From positions 22,196,001 through 22,260,000 of the forward strand of contig OZ024750.1 of assembly GCA_964016885.1 (NCBI GenBank): 64,000 nt of DNA, given 5' to 3'. The translations under genes and the position numbers were made by a program. Below the pieces are notes generated by a model. That model was not told the DNA's origin. It saw nothing but the letters and a program-made list of their open reading frames with translations, and did not search any database. Each line of letters starts with the position of its first letter. Positions within the stretch are counted from its first letter, which is position 1. The stretch comes from Eledone cirrhosa (Eukaryota). This document shows, one piece after another, positions 13,889-27,704 of this stretch.

Positions 13889-13986
13889 ACCATATTCCAT
13901 GACACGTGTTTCACCGGAGAGATTTTCAACCCATGTGCACATGGGTTGAAAATCTCTCCGGTGAAACACGTGTCCTCGAATATGGT
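13889..13986. repeat. Palindrome (centre GTGCAC) carrying a decayed hammerhead
   Basis: GGG-UUGAAAA-U-CU-CUCC-GG-U-GAAA-CACGUG-UC-CUC at 13943-13977: palindromic stem III ACACGUGU, GUC triplet, mutated core. Confidence 0.65.
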
Positions 13987-14363
13987 ATGTATGTATGTAT
14001 GTATGTCGATGTAAATATGTATTTTTTATATTTTCACAATATATCCTCCTTTCTTATAAATCATATATAACTATATGTGCATGAATGTATGTGTGTGTAT
14101 GCGCGCGTGTTTGTGTGTGTGTGTGTGTGTGTGAGCGCGCGTCAGAGAAAATGCTGAACAGTCGAAAATTGTAAACTTACATCTTACCAATGTTGGCATC
14201 CTTTAGAAAATGGAATACCAGAATACCAGAATACCAGAATACCAGGATACCAGGATAATACAATAATAGAATCACAGAACATCATAACAGTCTAGTGTTC
14301 TGTTGCTTCTCATCTTTCATGGTGACATTTATCAACAGATAAACCACGGCCCGGACATGGTGA

Positions 14364-14443
<80 letters not shown>

Positions 14444-15072
14444 TGTAGGGGGAAGGTTGGGGTGTGCATGGTAGGAGGCGGTGAGAAGAAGAAGAAGAAG
14501 AAGAAGAAGAAGAAGAAGAAGAAGAAGAAGAGAAGAAGAAGAAGAAGAAGAAGAAGAAGAAGAAGAAGAAGAAGAAGAAGAAGAAGAAGAAGAAGAAGAA
14601 GAAGAAGAAGAAGAAGAAGAAGAAGAAGAAGAAGGAGCACTAACAGGAAGCCGGCGAATGAGAATGCGAAAAAAGAACACTAGACGATGAAGGAGAAAAT
14701 CTGGAACAAGATAAGAAAGAAAGAAAGAACGAAAGAAAGAAAGAAAGAAAGGAAGAAAGAAAGAAAGACAAAAGAAAGAAAAAATAAATGATTGAGTGAA
14801 TGAATAGATTAAAAAGACAAGAAAGAGGGTGAAAAATAAGGAAAGAAAATATAGAAACAAAGAAAGAAAAAAAGACGGAAAAAAAGAAAGAAATCAACAG
14901 CCGACAAAAAGAAAGTAAGGAGAATAAGGGTGAAAGGAAAAAGAGGAATAGGGTGAGGGGGAATAGTATGAGGAAGGGGAGGTGGAATGGGTACAAGAAG
15001 AGGAAGGAGATACTGGATTAAAAATTGGACGATGGTAACTTGATCTTCAAAATAAAATTCATGCACACCCAC

Positions 15073-15232
<160 letters not shown>

Positions 15233-15255
15233 CAATATATATATTTATATATATG

Positions 15256-15297
<42 letters not shown>

Positions 15298-15397
15298 CAT
15301 ATATATAAATATATATATATTGACATATACACACATATACATACAAACAAACATACATACATACATACATATAACCTTGCATAAATACATACATACA

Positions 15398-15430
<33 letters not shown>

Positions 15431-15453
15431 CCTTGCATACATACATACGTACA

Positions 15454-15487
<34 letters not shown>

Positions 15488-15777
15488 CATATATCCTTGC
15501 ATACATACATACATACATACATACATACATACATACATACATACATACATACATACATACATAGAATGGCATTGTGTTCGGTTAACATGACTTATATTCT
15601 AGTACAGTACGTGTGACATGTCTGAGAGAGAAGCGACCGCCTACCAATGTCAACTCTAATAAACCAATTGGAAATCTTTGCTAAACAAGCAAAGTTTTAT
15701 TTCAGTATTGGCTCGTCAAACACCAGAAATGCACTACCAGCATATTTCATTTTTCTTTTTTTTTTATCGTGTTCTCG

Positions 15778-15828
<51 letters not shown>

Positions 15829-15833
<5 letters not shown>

Positions 15834-16036
15834 AACAAGTAAGACCCCGACGGCTGAGCTCAAGCCGTTTCGACGGCTAATTCGTCCAGACGGCTAATTC
15901 GTCCAGAATTAGCCGTCGAAACGGCTTGAGCTCAGCCGTCGGGGTCTTACTTGTTCCTATTACCCACTCTACTACCCTAAGTATTGAGTACTTTGGTGCG
16001 TTATAGTCCACCTGGTTCCTTACCACATTTCCTTCG

Positions 16037-16039
<3 letters not shown>
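15829..16039 (+). mobile_element. Fold-back element family B
   Basis: Highly similar to 7003-7213 in opposite orientation; junction has a direct duplication GACGGCTAATTCGTCCA; tail TGAGTACT at 15985. Confidence 0.8.
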
Positions 16040-16079
<40 letters not shown>

Positions 16080-16191
16080 CATCATCATCATCATCGTCGT
16101 TTAGCATGGGTTAGACGGTTTTGTTCCATTTGATGCGGGAATGGTCGGGAGACCGTGTCACACTCGCACGGAAGTGTCATATATATATACC

Positions 16192-16319
<128 letters not shown>

Positions 16320-16467
16320 GTGTATAATGGTAGCTATGGTGCTTCCATAGGCGGTATGCCAAAATTAGCACTCGATATTCAGCAGAGTAGAGTGTAGATA
16401 GTATAAAGAAAACGAAAAATCAGTGATGCATCTGGACTTAATTTATTGCGTGTTACAATTGTTTCGC

Positions 16468-16558
16468 CGTGTCTGAAAGAACCTGCAGCCATAGAATCAG
16501 CCAGATCCATACAGGGACCATGTCTCGAGCTACCTGCCGGCGAAACAATTGTAACACG
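16468..16558 (+). ncRNA. Hammerhead-like motif with ~60-nt stem II region, inside fold-back element 16316-16610
   Basis: Stem I CGUGU/ACACG; core CUGAAAGA (one extra A); GAAA; stem III ACAAUUGU; GUA triplet. Decayed relative at 18288-18378. Confidence 0.55.
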
Positions 16559-16650
16559 CAATAAATTAAGTCCAGATGCATCACTGATTTTTCGTTTTCT
16601 TTATACTATATATATATATATATAATTATATATAAAAACCGTAGAGCAAA

Positions 16651-16746
16651 TATTTATTAAAATAACAGATTAAAGTTTCAGAAAATCCCGTTAAGGATGA
16701 AAGCAGCGATTCATTGCTTAAACTTTAATCTGTTATTTTAATAAAT
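16651..16746 (+). ncRNA. Hammerhead-like CAGA-core family copy with very long stem I
   Basis: TATTTATTAAAATAACAGATTAAAGTTT pairs with AAACTTTAATCTGTTATTTTAATAAATA; core here CAGAAAA. Confidence 0.5.
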
Positions 16747-16747
16747 A

Positions 16748-16787
<40 letters not shown>

Positions 16788-16894
16788 AAGGTTTACATAT
16801 ACATAAATTTATATATGTTACAACCGGTCACTTTTTAGCAGAGGAAATGGAGTATATATTTTGTTTATCTAATAATTCTGTAGACATGATTTAT

Positions 16895-17037
<143 letters not shown>

Positions 17038-17180
17038 ATGTTGGTTGTTTACCGACACCTCAGTATGCAGATTGGAGCACTCGACGAAGTACGCAGGTTG
17101 GTTTGTTTACTCTGGAGTAATGTAAAATAATTAAGTCAAATATGTAATATTTGGCTTCGTTTATTATAAATTATAGAAAT

Positions 17181-17235
17181 ACTGCTATATATATTTCGGC
17201 GACAGCCATCATTGGCTGTGACCTCTTCAGGCAGT
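17181..17235 (-). ncRNA. Type I hammerhead ribozyme, canonical
   Basis: ACUGC-CUGAAGA-GG-UC-ACAGCCA-AUGA-UGGCUGU-CG-CC-GAAA-UAUAUA-UA-GCAGU: perfect stem I, 7-bp stem II, palindromic stem III. Downstream CGAGTGCT at 17076-17083(-). Confidence 0.88.
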
Positions 17236-18424
17236 CCGAATTGGTGTGGGAAAGACAGGTACACATGTTGTTGAAGTGTGTTTTACTCCATCAATACATC
17301 GATATGTCCAGCTCCTGGTTGTGTTGTTATTCTTCTGAGGAACTGGAATCATATGACTGGTGACAGTCTAGTTTGCAATTTTCAACAGTTGAAAATTGCA
17401 AACTTGACTGTCACCACAGAATATGAACCTGAAGATTGCGAAAGCATGAAAGTACTTGTTCAATTAACACTTAACATTTAATATTCTACCATACTATTTA
17501 ATATTCTACCATACTATTTCATTATAATACCATTATAATCTTAAAGGATTGTAAATAAAACGAGTAAATCAGACAAAGTTAGAATTCCTTTTATTAATAT
17601 AATCTTCTATACACAATCATACACACCCGTGTATATTTATATATATATATATATATATCAGAACTACTTGGGTAATATGAAAAAATTGGGACACCAACGA
17701 TTGAGCTCCTGCCGTTTTAACAGCTGGACCTAGCTGATGAAACGGCAGGAGCTCAGTATGTATGTATATATGTATTATGTATCTATGTATTATGTATGTA
17801 TGTATATATGGATGTGTTTACGTATGTATGTGTGTGTTTATGTATGTATATATAAAAAAAAAACTTCAAAGCACAGGCATTGCTTGTTCAGGGTCTGTTA
17901 CAAGTTTGTGGGACTGGCCGTTGCCTAAAAGTGCACAAAACTGTAACCTGACAAGCGATAACAGTACTCTTAGCAGAATTTGCAGCTGTCATGTATGGAT
18001 GTAAAATATGTCTGTCCTTTCTCAAAACCAATGTTGGTTTCATAACTAACTCTTGTGTAATGGGAAGATAGAAATAAATGTGAATACAAAGTCACGACGA
18101 ATTGTTATATGTTTGATGGGAATTGAAATACAGTGAAATTTCGTTATAACGAAAATCGATAGATATATATAATTGGTGTTGAATGCTTAAAGCGTCCGTA
18201 TGCGGTAGGCCGTATGAGCACTCAATGCTCTCGGAGAACAGAGTATGATATCACATGAATAGGAAAATCTGCTTCGTAGAATCGAGACGTATCCGAGGAC
18301 CGAGCGATTTCAGAGTCAGGTTTGATCACCACATCGATCGTGCCTCGAGCTGGTCGCCCGAGACACAATTGTAACATATCCAATAAATTCCTTTCGTCGT
18401 AACACTGATTTTCTTTTTTCTGTG

Positions 18425-18533
<109 letters not shown>

Positions 18534-18549
18534 TAAAATACCAGATTAA

Positions 18550-18600
18550 AGTTTAAGCTAAGAATCGCTGCTTTCACCCTTAACGGGATCTTCTGAAACT
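18550..18600 (-). ncRNA. Hammerhead-like motif with CAGAAGA core
   Basis: AGUUU-CAGAAGA-U-CCC-GUUAA-GGG-U-GAAA-GC..GC-UU-AAACU. Confidence 0.55.
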
Positions 18601-18685
18601 ATTTTAATAAATATTTGCTCTAGGGTTCTTATATCGAGCCCTCTTTGGATTTTAGTCTTCACATTTATTATTATTATTATTATTA

Positions 18686-18720
<35 letters not shown>

Positions 18721-18723
<3 letters not shown>

Positions 18724-19337
18724 AAAGCTTTATTTAAATTGTTGGGATACAACAAGCAAATATTTTTATAACTGATATAAAGCACTCGACAAATATTTGG
18801 AGTAGATATACAATATTAATAAATGGAAACTATATTTATAAAACCATATTTATTTTATTATATATATTTCAAGGATACCAAGTTACATTATGGTATGCCT
18901 TCATCAGACAAAATACAATATATAACAGTTTTATAAATAGACATTGACGTACCCCTTTTAAAAATTGACCGTTGTTTTTGGAGGCCATCGGGATAGTGAG
19001 TTGTTTACTTTAGTAAGTCATAGTGTTAAGAGTAACTAAAAAGATGGAGAAAGAGAGAGAAACGTGGAGAAAAGAAAGGGAGAGATAGATAAAGAAAAAG
19101 AAGAAAACAAAAAGAAAAGAGAACAGAGGAAAAACCATCAGACAGAGAAAAAAAGAGGGGGGTGAGAGAGAACGAAAGCCTTAAGTTATGTCATATTAAG
19201 TTGAGTTAACAATTGGGATGAAAAGCATAAATAAAATTGTCTGATGAAGGCATACCATAATGTAACTTGGTATCCTTGAAATATATATAATGAAATAAAT
19301 ATGGTTTTATAAATATAGTTTCCATTTATTAATATCG
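18721..19337 (-). mobile_element. Family A element with inverted partial copy; hammerheads at 18851-18915(-) and 19237-19293(+)
   Basis: CUGAUGA-AGGCAUACCA..UGGUAUCCUU-GAAA-UAUAUA-UA; tail with CGAGTGCT at 18781-18788(-); flanked by (TA)n. Confidence 0.8.
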
Positions 19338-19800
19338 TATATATATATATATATATAAATGAACGGTATAGAAAGTGTTGTAGCAAGAAGCCAACAGTAT
19401 TCCATAATATATAAGTGACTATAGCGTCAAAATGGGAAAATAGTTAACGTAAGATGTGGGAAAAATAATTCAAACTCAATTCAAAAAGAATCAGGATATA
19501 GATTTATCCAACAGAATTTAGTGAAATCCAGGGAGAAATCAATAGAGCTATCAGTTTTATCATGATAAAATAAAGTTTAAAATACTCATCCTTCAATTTG
19601 GGACAACTACAAATGCTCTGTTTAGTCTTGAAAAGACTATTTCACGAAAACTTTCAGTGGAGATGATCACGGTTGGAATCCGATCGTCAGCAGAGCTCAA
19701 CACGATAGCCAAATTCTCACTGACTAATATGCCAAAAAGGGAATTTAAAAGCAGGCTAGTTTAACATCATGCGTGATTATGAAAATAAAACGCACATGTG

Positions 19801-19840
<40 letters not shown>

Positions 19841-20089
19841 AATGAAAGTACAGCGTATTCGGAGTTAAGTTCGAGCAGCAGCTAAGCCAACGAATGACTT
19901 CAGCAGTGCAGCCAAGCACTCGACAAGGTATAGGCCTCAGAGTAATAACATACAGTTTAAAGGGCTTTGCAAATTGAAGATAGCGACCGCTAATTCATCC
20001 GCGTGATCTGTAGCAACGAAAGAACTGACTAGTGAGAAAAAAATACATACACATACATACATATATATATATATATATACATACACATA

Positions 20090-20135
<46 letters not shown>

Positions 20136-20204
20136 CACATATATGTGTATATATATATTGTTCAAGGAGACAACAATCAGAGTACAAAGAGTCTTAGTTT
20201 TACG

Positions 20205-20270
<66 letters not shown>

Positions 20271-20728
20271 CCGTTTGTGTGTATGTATGTTAGTGTGTAT
20301 TAATGACTACCTATTTAAATCGTAAATGAAATTTGCTCCTGGTGAATTAAGTTCTTTAATCCGGTATCAATTCCCTCGTGGTAAACCACTTTACGTTTGA
20401 CAATCATAGTAACTTGACACTCTTCCGTTTTTTCTTTCTTTCTATCTTCTTCTACTTCTTCTTCTAAAGAAGCCAACATTTAATGCTGACATTTGAAACT
20501 AACATACATTAATTGAGATCAGCAAAGGGATGAAAAAGAAATTTCATATTCTCTGGTTTATTTCATTATTTTTTTTTCCAACTTTAAAACTCGGTTCTGA
20601 TTTCATTAATTTTGTTTCAATTACTGCAGATTTTGTTTGCTGGTTTTATTATTATCAATATCATCATTATCAATATCATAATTAGTAGTATTATTATCTT
20701 CAGTATTATCTTTATTACTTATATTTAA

Positions 20729-20895
20729 TCTATATATCTAAAACAGAGAATGTATGTCTGTCTGTCTGTCTGTCCCCCTAAAACTCGAGAACCACCCAAC
20801 TGATTTTTTTCAAACTTTACACATGTAATACTTATGGTCGTGTGAGTGTTTTGAGCAAAAGATATTTCAAATTTTCAATGCATTAGGTGCCGATT

Positions 20896-20978
<83 letters not shown>

Positions 20979-21599
20979 AGTCTGTCTTTTTAGATAGATA
21001 CATAGCTATAACGTCGCGCCCTTATAATATCTGTCTGTATGTCTGGCTGTCTGCATAACGATATTATGAAAACATTGACTTCGCTATCTGAGTGTGTGTG
21101 TATATATGTATATATAGTGTGTAACGTTTTTCGAAATATTTACTTCTGCGTTCACAGATTGATTTTTTTAGTTTCAGAAGATCCCGTTAAGGGTGAAAGC
21201 AGCGATTCTTTGCTTAAACTTTAATCTGCTATTCTAATATATATATATAGTTATATATTCGTGTACAGATATTTTTGCATACACAATAACAAAATATAAA
21301 CTAACGTATTTATTTCACGAGGCTCGATAAGGATAAATATATATCAAATATATAAGAACCCTAGAGAAAATATTGTTCTCATTGCTGACGTATTATCTTC
21401 GCTATTTTCCGTTCATTGCCAGGGAACGTCTTCACGAACCAAAGTATCGTCTTCCTGTTTTCCCTCGATTGCAACGTTTTTCGAAATATTTAGAGGCCGA
21501 GGCCGAGGTATTCCGTACTTCTCTATACTGTTTCAAAAAGGGGGGATAAACATGCCAATCTATGTTTAGATTCCGTGCAACGCCGGGCCATTCTGCTAG
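20729..21599 (+). mobile_element. Non-autonomous Helitron
   Basis: Starts TCTATATAT after A, has (GTCT)n near the 5' end, ends with GC-rich CCGTGCAACGCCGG then CTAG followed by T (A|T insertion, no TSD). Confidence 0.8.
21170..21220 (+). ncRNA. Hammerhead-like motif with CAGAAGA core, nested in the Helitron
   Basis: AGUUU-CAGAAGA-U-CCC-GUUAA-GGG-U-GAAA-GCA-GCGAUUCUU-UGC-UU-AAACU; all three stems pair. Confidence 0.6.
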
Positions 21600-21884
21600 T
21601 AATTGATAAAAGAAACGAGGTAATTATAATCTTTTTAATCATTATTAGCGTTCTGATCGGAGTTTGGTTAGAGAGGTTGGTTGATATATATATATATATG
21701 GGGGGGGTGAAGTGTGGGGGGTGTACGTTTTATTGGTTACATCTGTAAATTATCAAATTGTTTGAAATTTATGGTTAAGAAAGACGTGGTCTAAATATAT
21801 ATATGTACATATATACATGATGAATATTTTAAATAAATAGATCCATATATATATATATACATGTATACATATATGCATATATAG

Positions 21885-21945
<61 letters not shown>

Positions 21946-22019
21946 GCTCTATAAGTTGGCTCAACTTATCTGTATACAGCTATGCTCGAAGCTAAATTCT
22001 ATATATATAGTCCTTCTAT

Positions 22020-22200
22020 GGATCTAATGTTTCATTCTGTGGTGAAATCATCAGAGTGTTTTCCTGATGAGTTCACCATAGAATGAAATAGTACGAGTCC
22101 TATTTGAAATATATTTATGTGTGCCCTCTCTACTTGATGTATTGAGAACTTATCTCCCTTTCGTCACCAACGGAAACCGCTATCCTCTTTCTCTTCTTTG
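22020..22200 (+). mobile_element. Fold-back element with minimal hammerhead cores on both arms
   Basis: CUGAUGA-GUUC-ACCAUA-GAAU-GAAA at 22064(+), mirror TTTCATTC...TCATCAG at 22030-22054; TGAGAACT at 22143; related to 49338-49522. Confidence 0.6.
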
Positions 22201-22294
22201 TTTATTATCAACTATTTTATCGGGATAATTTATACCTTGTGGTACTTTGTATAATAACGAAACATACTTTTAATTTTCAGTCATACTACGCGCT

Positions 22295-22361
<67 letters not shown>

Positions 22362-22552
22362 ATGTATATATATAGAGAGAGAGATCAGAGCAAACATCAC
22401 GGACGCTCTATCTCAAAATTATTTTTGAAAAGCATTTAGAAATGCGCAACCGGTAAAACTTAAAACCAAAACTAAATACTAACCAATACAATTACTAATT
22501 CTCATTTATTCCTAATTAAACTATTTTTCACTGTGAACAATTTGTCAGCATT

Positions 22553-22721
<169 letters not shown>

Positions 22722-23482
22722 AACATACACACATATATATATATATATATATATACAAACATACACATATATAAATATATATATATACAAACATACACAC
22801 ACACATATATATATATATATATACATCCTAAAAGCTATCAACTTTCAAGTCGAATTTCGATACGAAGACAATTCTTAAGGGACAACCAACCATCCCCAAC
22901 ACCCGAATCACCAAAAAGAAAAAGAAAAAGAAAAAGTAAAGAAAAGAAAGGAAGAATCTTACAAAGAATGCAGTTGACTGGAATGTTTCCGGTTGATAAT
23001 TTTAATTAGTTCTTTAAAGAGTTCTAAATTGCATTTTTTTACGAAGGGTAGAAGCCATATTGCTAAGTCAGCACATCACAACGTCTTCAAATCTAACTAA
23101 ACATGTTACCAATGAAACACCGTTAATCCGTTGTAAAATAAATTCACATTAAGACGTTTTGTTGGAGTCTTTCAATGCAGGCACATGGCTGTGTTGTTTA
23201 AGAAATTCACTTCGCGGGAACATACCTCCGGTTTCCAACCTACTTCGCAGTACTTTGGGGGTTAAAGTGACTTGTCCTTCTCTTCCACCAAACCTGGGTC
23301 TGATCAAAGTTTTGAGTGGATGGGATTTGTTATATATACATATATATATATCATGTAACACTTTATATGTAAATTGCCATGCTATTTCATTTGATGAATG
23401 TCACCCCACTGTTGATCAATATGCGCATATGTTTTATGTGTCTCTTGGGTTGAAAAGGAGGTCAAGTATGTTATAAATAGCT

Positions 23483-23527
23483 GCTCCGAAGAATCCAAAC
23501 CTCGGTTTGGAGGAAACAATTGTAAGT
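23483..23527 (+). ncRNA. Type I hammerhead, U4C variant
   Basis: GCU-CCGAAGA-A-UCCAAAC-CUCG-GUUUGGA-G-GAAA-CAAUUG-UA-AGU; perfect 7-bp stem II, palindromic stem III. Confidence 0.65.
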
Positions 23528-23563
23528 AAATAAATGACTTAAACTGAACTTTGATTACTGTAA

Positions 23564-23675
<112 letters not shown>

Positions 23676-23701
23676 CATACATACAATCATACATACATAC
23701 A

Positions 23702-24052
23702 ATAAAATGCAGGCATAACAGACCAGATATAATGATACGGGACAGGGAAAAGAAGGCATGCACAGTAATGGAAGTTAGCTGCCCAGCAGATGCCAATATA
23801 ATATCAAAGATCAGCGAAAACTGATGAAAACTGATGAGAAATCTGCAGATATTCCACCCTGATTACACCTTCAGATTTATGCCTGTGATTATTGGGGCAC
23901 TGGGATATGTTAGTAACTGCCTCAATACAAATCTTGAGAAGCTGGGCTTCACAGGAACAGAAAGAACACGACTAGTTAGGAAATTACAAGTACAATCCAT
24001 TAATGGAACAGTTAAAATATGTAAGACATTCCAAACATTCTGTATCTAATAA
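23702..24052 (+). mobile_element. 5'-truncated REL-endonuclease non-LTR retrotransposon 3' end
   Basis: [10 protein letters not shown]...MEVSCPAD then (frameshift) MPVIIGALG...KLQVQSINGTVKICKTF; starts at a (TACA)n tract. Confidence 0.8.
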
Positions 24053-24205
24053 CTGCATATACACACGTACAGATGCAAAGCATATACACATGTACACATA
24101 CACACACACACACACATACACAGATTCTCTATCTCTTTCACACACACGCATACACACGCACAGGCTCATAGACATACACTCACACACATACATAGACTCT
24201 CTATC

Positions 24206-24261
<56 letters not shown>

Positions 24262-24278
24262 ACAGACACACACTCACA

Positions 24279-24313
<35 letters not shown>

Positions 24314-24380
24314 GCCCATACACAGACTTCTATCTCTTTCACACGCACACACACACACGCATACGCTCATAGACGTACAC

Positions 24381-24448
<68 letters not shown>

Positions 24449-25067
24449 CGATTTTCAAAACGAGGTCAGTTCTTCGCTTCTTAAATGTCACTCCTGAAGT
24501 GTGCGCCCTGGGCGACTGCTTAGCACCGACACTGACCCTGAGTAGAAAAGCTCATTATGTGTTGCTTCACGTAGAGTCAAATGTTAATAAGCTTCAGAGC
24601 TTCAGAGCTCCAGAGACGTTTGTTTAGCTTAGCTTGAAGAAAAAGGTTTTTTTAGTTTATATTTGAAAATATTTATCTGGTTATGGTTAGGGAAACTGCA
24701 GCATATGCTTATCGCAAAGTATACACTGCATAATCACGATAGCAATTATATAGAAACGACTGGAAACTAAATGCCAACTGAAAATAAAATATGGCACGAT
24801 CAGAATAACATGTGTATGGAATAAGGAAAATGAACCTTAAATAATTTTTCCAATGGTGACGGTAGTGGTGGTATTTGTATATATATTTATATATATATAT
24901 ATGTATGTGTGTGTGTATATATATGTGTATATATATGTATATATATATGTATATATATATAAGTATGTATACGTAACAGCCGTACTAAGAGTGAGAAATG
25001 AAATTTCGTTTCATTTTTTCCGTATATATATATATATATATGTGTGTGTATGTATGTGTGTGTGTGG

Positions 25068-25098
<31 letters not shown>

Positions 25099-25100
25099 TA

Positions 25101-25196
<96 letters not shown>

Positions 25197-25203
25197 TATA
25201 CAT

Positions 25204-25243
<40 letters not shown>

Positions 25244-25248
25244 TCATA

Positions 25249-25336
<88 letters not shown>

Positions 25337-25861
25337 CATATGTGTGTGTATATATATATATATATATGTGAGTGTGTGTGTATGCATACATACATAGACA
25401 CATACATGCATACATACACATATACATACATATATACATACATACATACCTACATACATAAGGCAGACACAGTAGTGTTTCTCCTCTCTCTTTCTCCTCT
25501 TTTTCTCTACTCTCTCTCTCCTCTCTCTTTCTCCTATCTCTTTCTCCGCTCTCTCTCTCTCTCCTCTTTTTATCTCCTCTCTCTCTCTCCTCTCTATTTC
25601 TCTTCTGTCTTTCTCTTCTCTCTCTCTCCTCTCCAAAAGAGTAGGAAGAATAAAAAGATACCTCTCTCTCTCTCTCTCTCTCTTTTTTTTCTTCTCTCTT
25701 TCTCCTCTCTCTTTCTCCTCTCTCTCTCTCCTCTTTTATCTCCTCTCTTCTCTCTATTTCTCTTCTGTCTTTCTCCTCTTTCTCTCCTCTCCAAAAGACT
25801 AGGAAGAATAAAAAGATACCTCTCTCTCTCTCTCTCTCTCCCTCCCTCTCTCTCTCTCTCT

Positions 25862-25934
<73 letters not shown>

Positions 25935-26397
25935 GAACAGTGTTGAAGCTGGAATGTAATTTTGAAGGGTGCCCTATTTGTGATGTGATCGTGATGGGCT
26001 TAACTCCGACCGCGATGTCGTGGGATTTACTGGAGCTGTAGTTCGAGCCAACCCCTATCCACTCTCCCAAAAGAAATTATCCAAGTCCAACACCCTTACC
26101 ATTAGGTCTTGTGCCCCCACAGAGAGACAGAGAGACAGTGAGGAAAACATTGACTCTAGTACTTTATTGATACTTTATTTATCGACCCTGAAATGATGAA
26201 AGGCGAAGTTGGCCAAAGCCAAAAGGAGTACCGCAAAGCTTTCTATCCAATACCTTAACAATTCTGCCAATTCGTCGCCTTAGAAAACTAATGGAGGCAT
26301 ACAATCAAAGGTGGGATTAGGTTGCGAGTGAAATAGAAAAAGATGAGGAAAAGTGAGAGGAAATGAAGGGAAAGATGTGGCAGAAGAAAACGTAATA

Positions 26398-26501
<104 letters not shown>

Positions 26502-27704
26502 TGGAAGTACGTAAAAATATACGTAGTTACGTGAAAAGCGAAAGACTATGTACTTATATAGAAAACAAAAAGCCGTATATAGATAGTTATCTATAAAACA
26601 TGAGACCGTGTATATAGCTATATAAAAAACAAATGATAAAATATAAGCTCAACAGATTGGAATTGCTACGTGTAGGTAAATATGCTTTTGTTTATAGGAA
26701 TTTCTCATAAAAACTAAGTCAAAGATGCATGGAAGAATCACTTAATGTCAGTTGAATGATTTTGCTTCAAACGGGAAAAACCGCCAACTTTTTTTTTTTT
26801 TTTTCGACTTACGAGACTTTATTCAGATGAAATATAATCATTTTCCATTTTTTTTTTTTTTTTTTTACCAAGCAGAAGATCACTAAGTAGCAAAATGGAT
26901 TGAATAGATTCCTGAAGCAGGACACAAGAAAAAAGTTTTTATAAGAGAAATTTTATAGATCTGCGTTAATAATAGTAGATGTGTCTATGGAATGGTCAGC
27001 CGGTTACACATTAATTTAGAAATTTAGAAATTTAGCTGATCAAAAAACTGAATACTCATCGTCGAGACCGGCGAAACATTCGCTATTAATAGGATACAAA
27101 AAAATGCTCACTGTATACACATAATTACAAGTATTTTATCGTAAAAAATATAATGGAATCATTTCAAGACCGTTGTCCTTTTTGTTTTGTTTTTGTTTGG
27201 GGTTTTTGTTAGATTTTTTTTTTCTTTTTGTATTTATTTGTAAACGATATCAATTTGATGTTTTGCAAAGAATACGAGAAGATATATTATCAGAGAATAA
27301 AGTTTTTCTTTTGTTATTTCTAAATTTCGGTCATCTTAGTGATTTTTTATTAACACTATTCTGTAAATATTTTAGTGGAAAATATCTAAAAATGGGTTTT
27401 GTCAGTTTAATTGTTTATAGTATCTTTTTAGTGGATGAATCATATTGAAAAAATTTGTGATATTATAGAAAAGACTTTAATTTATAATGTGGTGCAGTCA
27501 TAATGCTGTTTTGAAATTTTTAAGGGTGTCTTGCTAATGTAGTTTTACGTGGTACAGAATGCTAAGAGTTCTGTCGGAAGCTCCGTGTTATGTCGTTATA
27601 TTTTCAAGGAAATAATTAAAAACGAAAACTTTAAGTAACGTGTTACTAAGGCCTTACATAAGGAGTAAGTATATTATTATTATTGTTATTATTATTGTTG
27701 TTAT

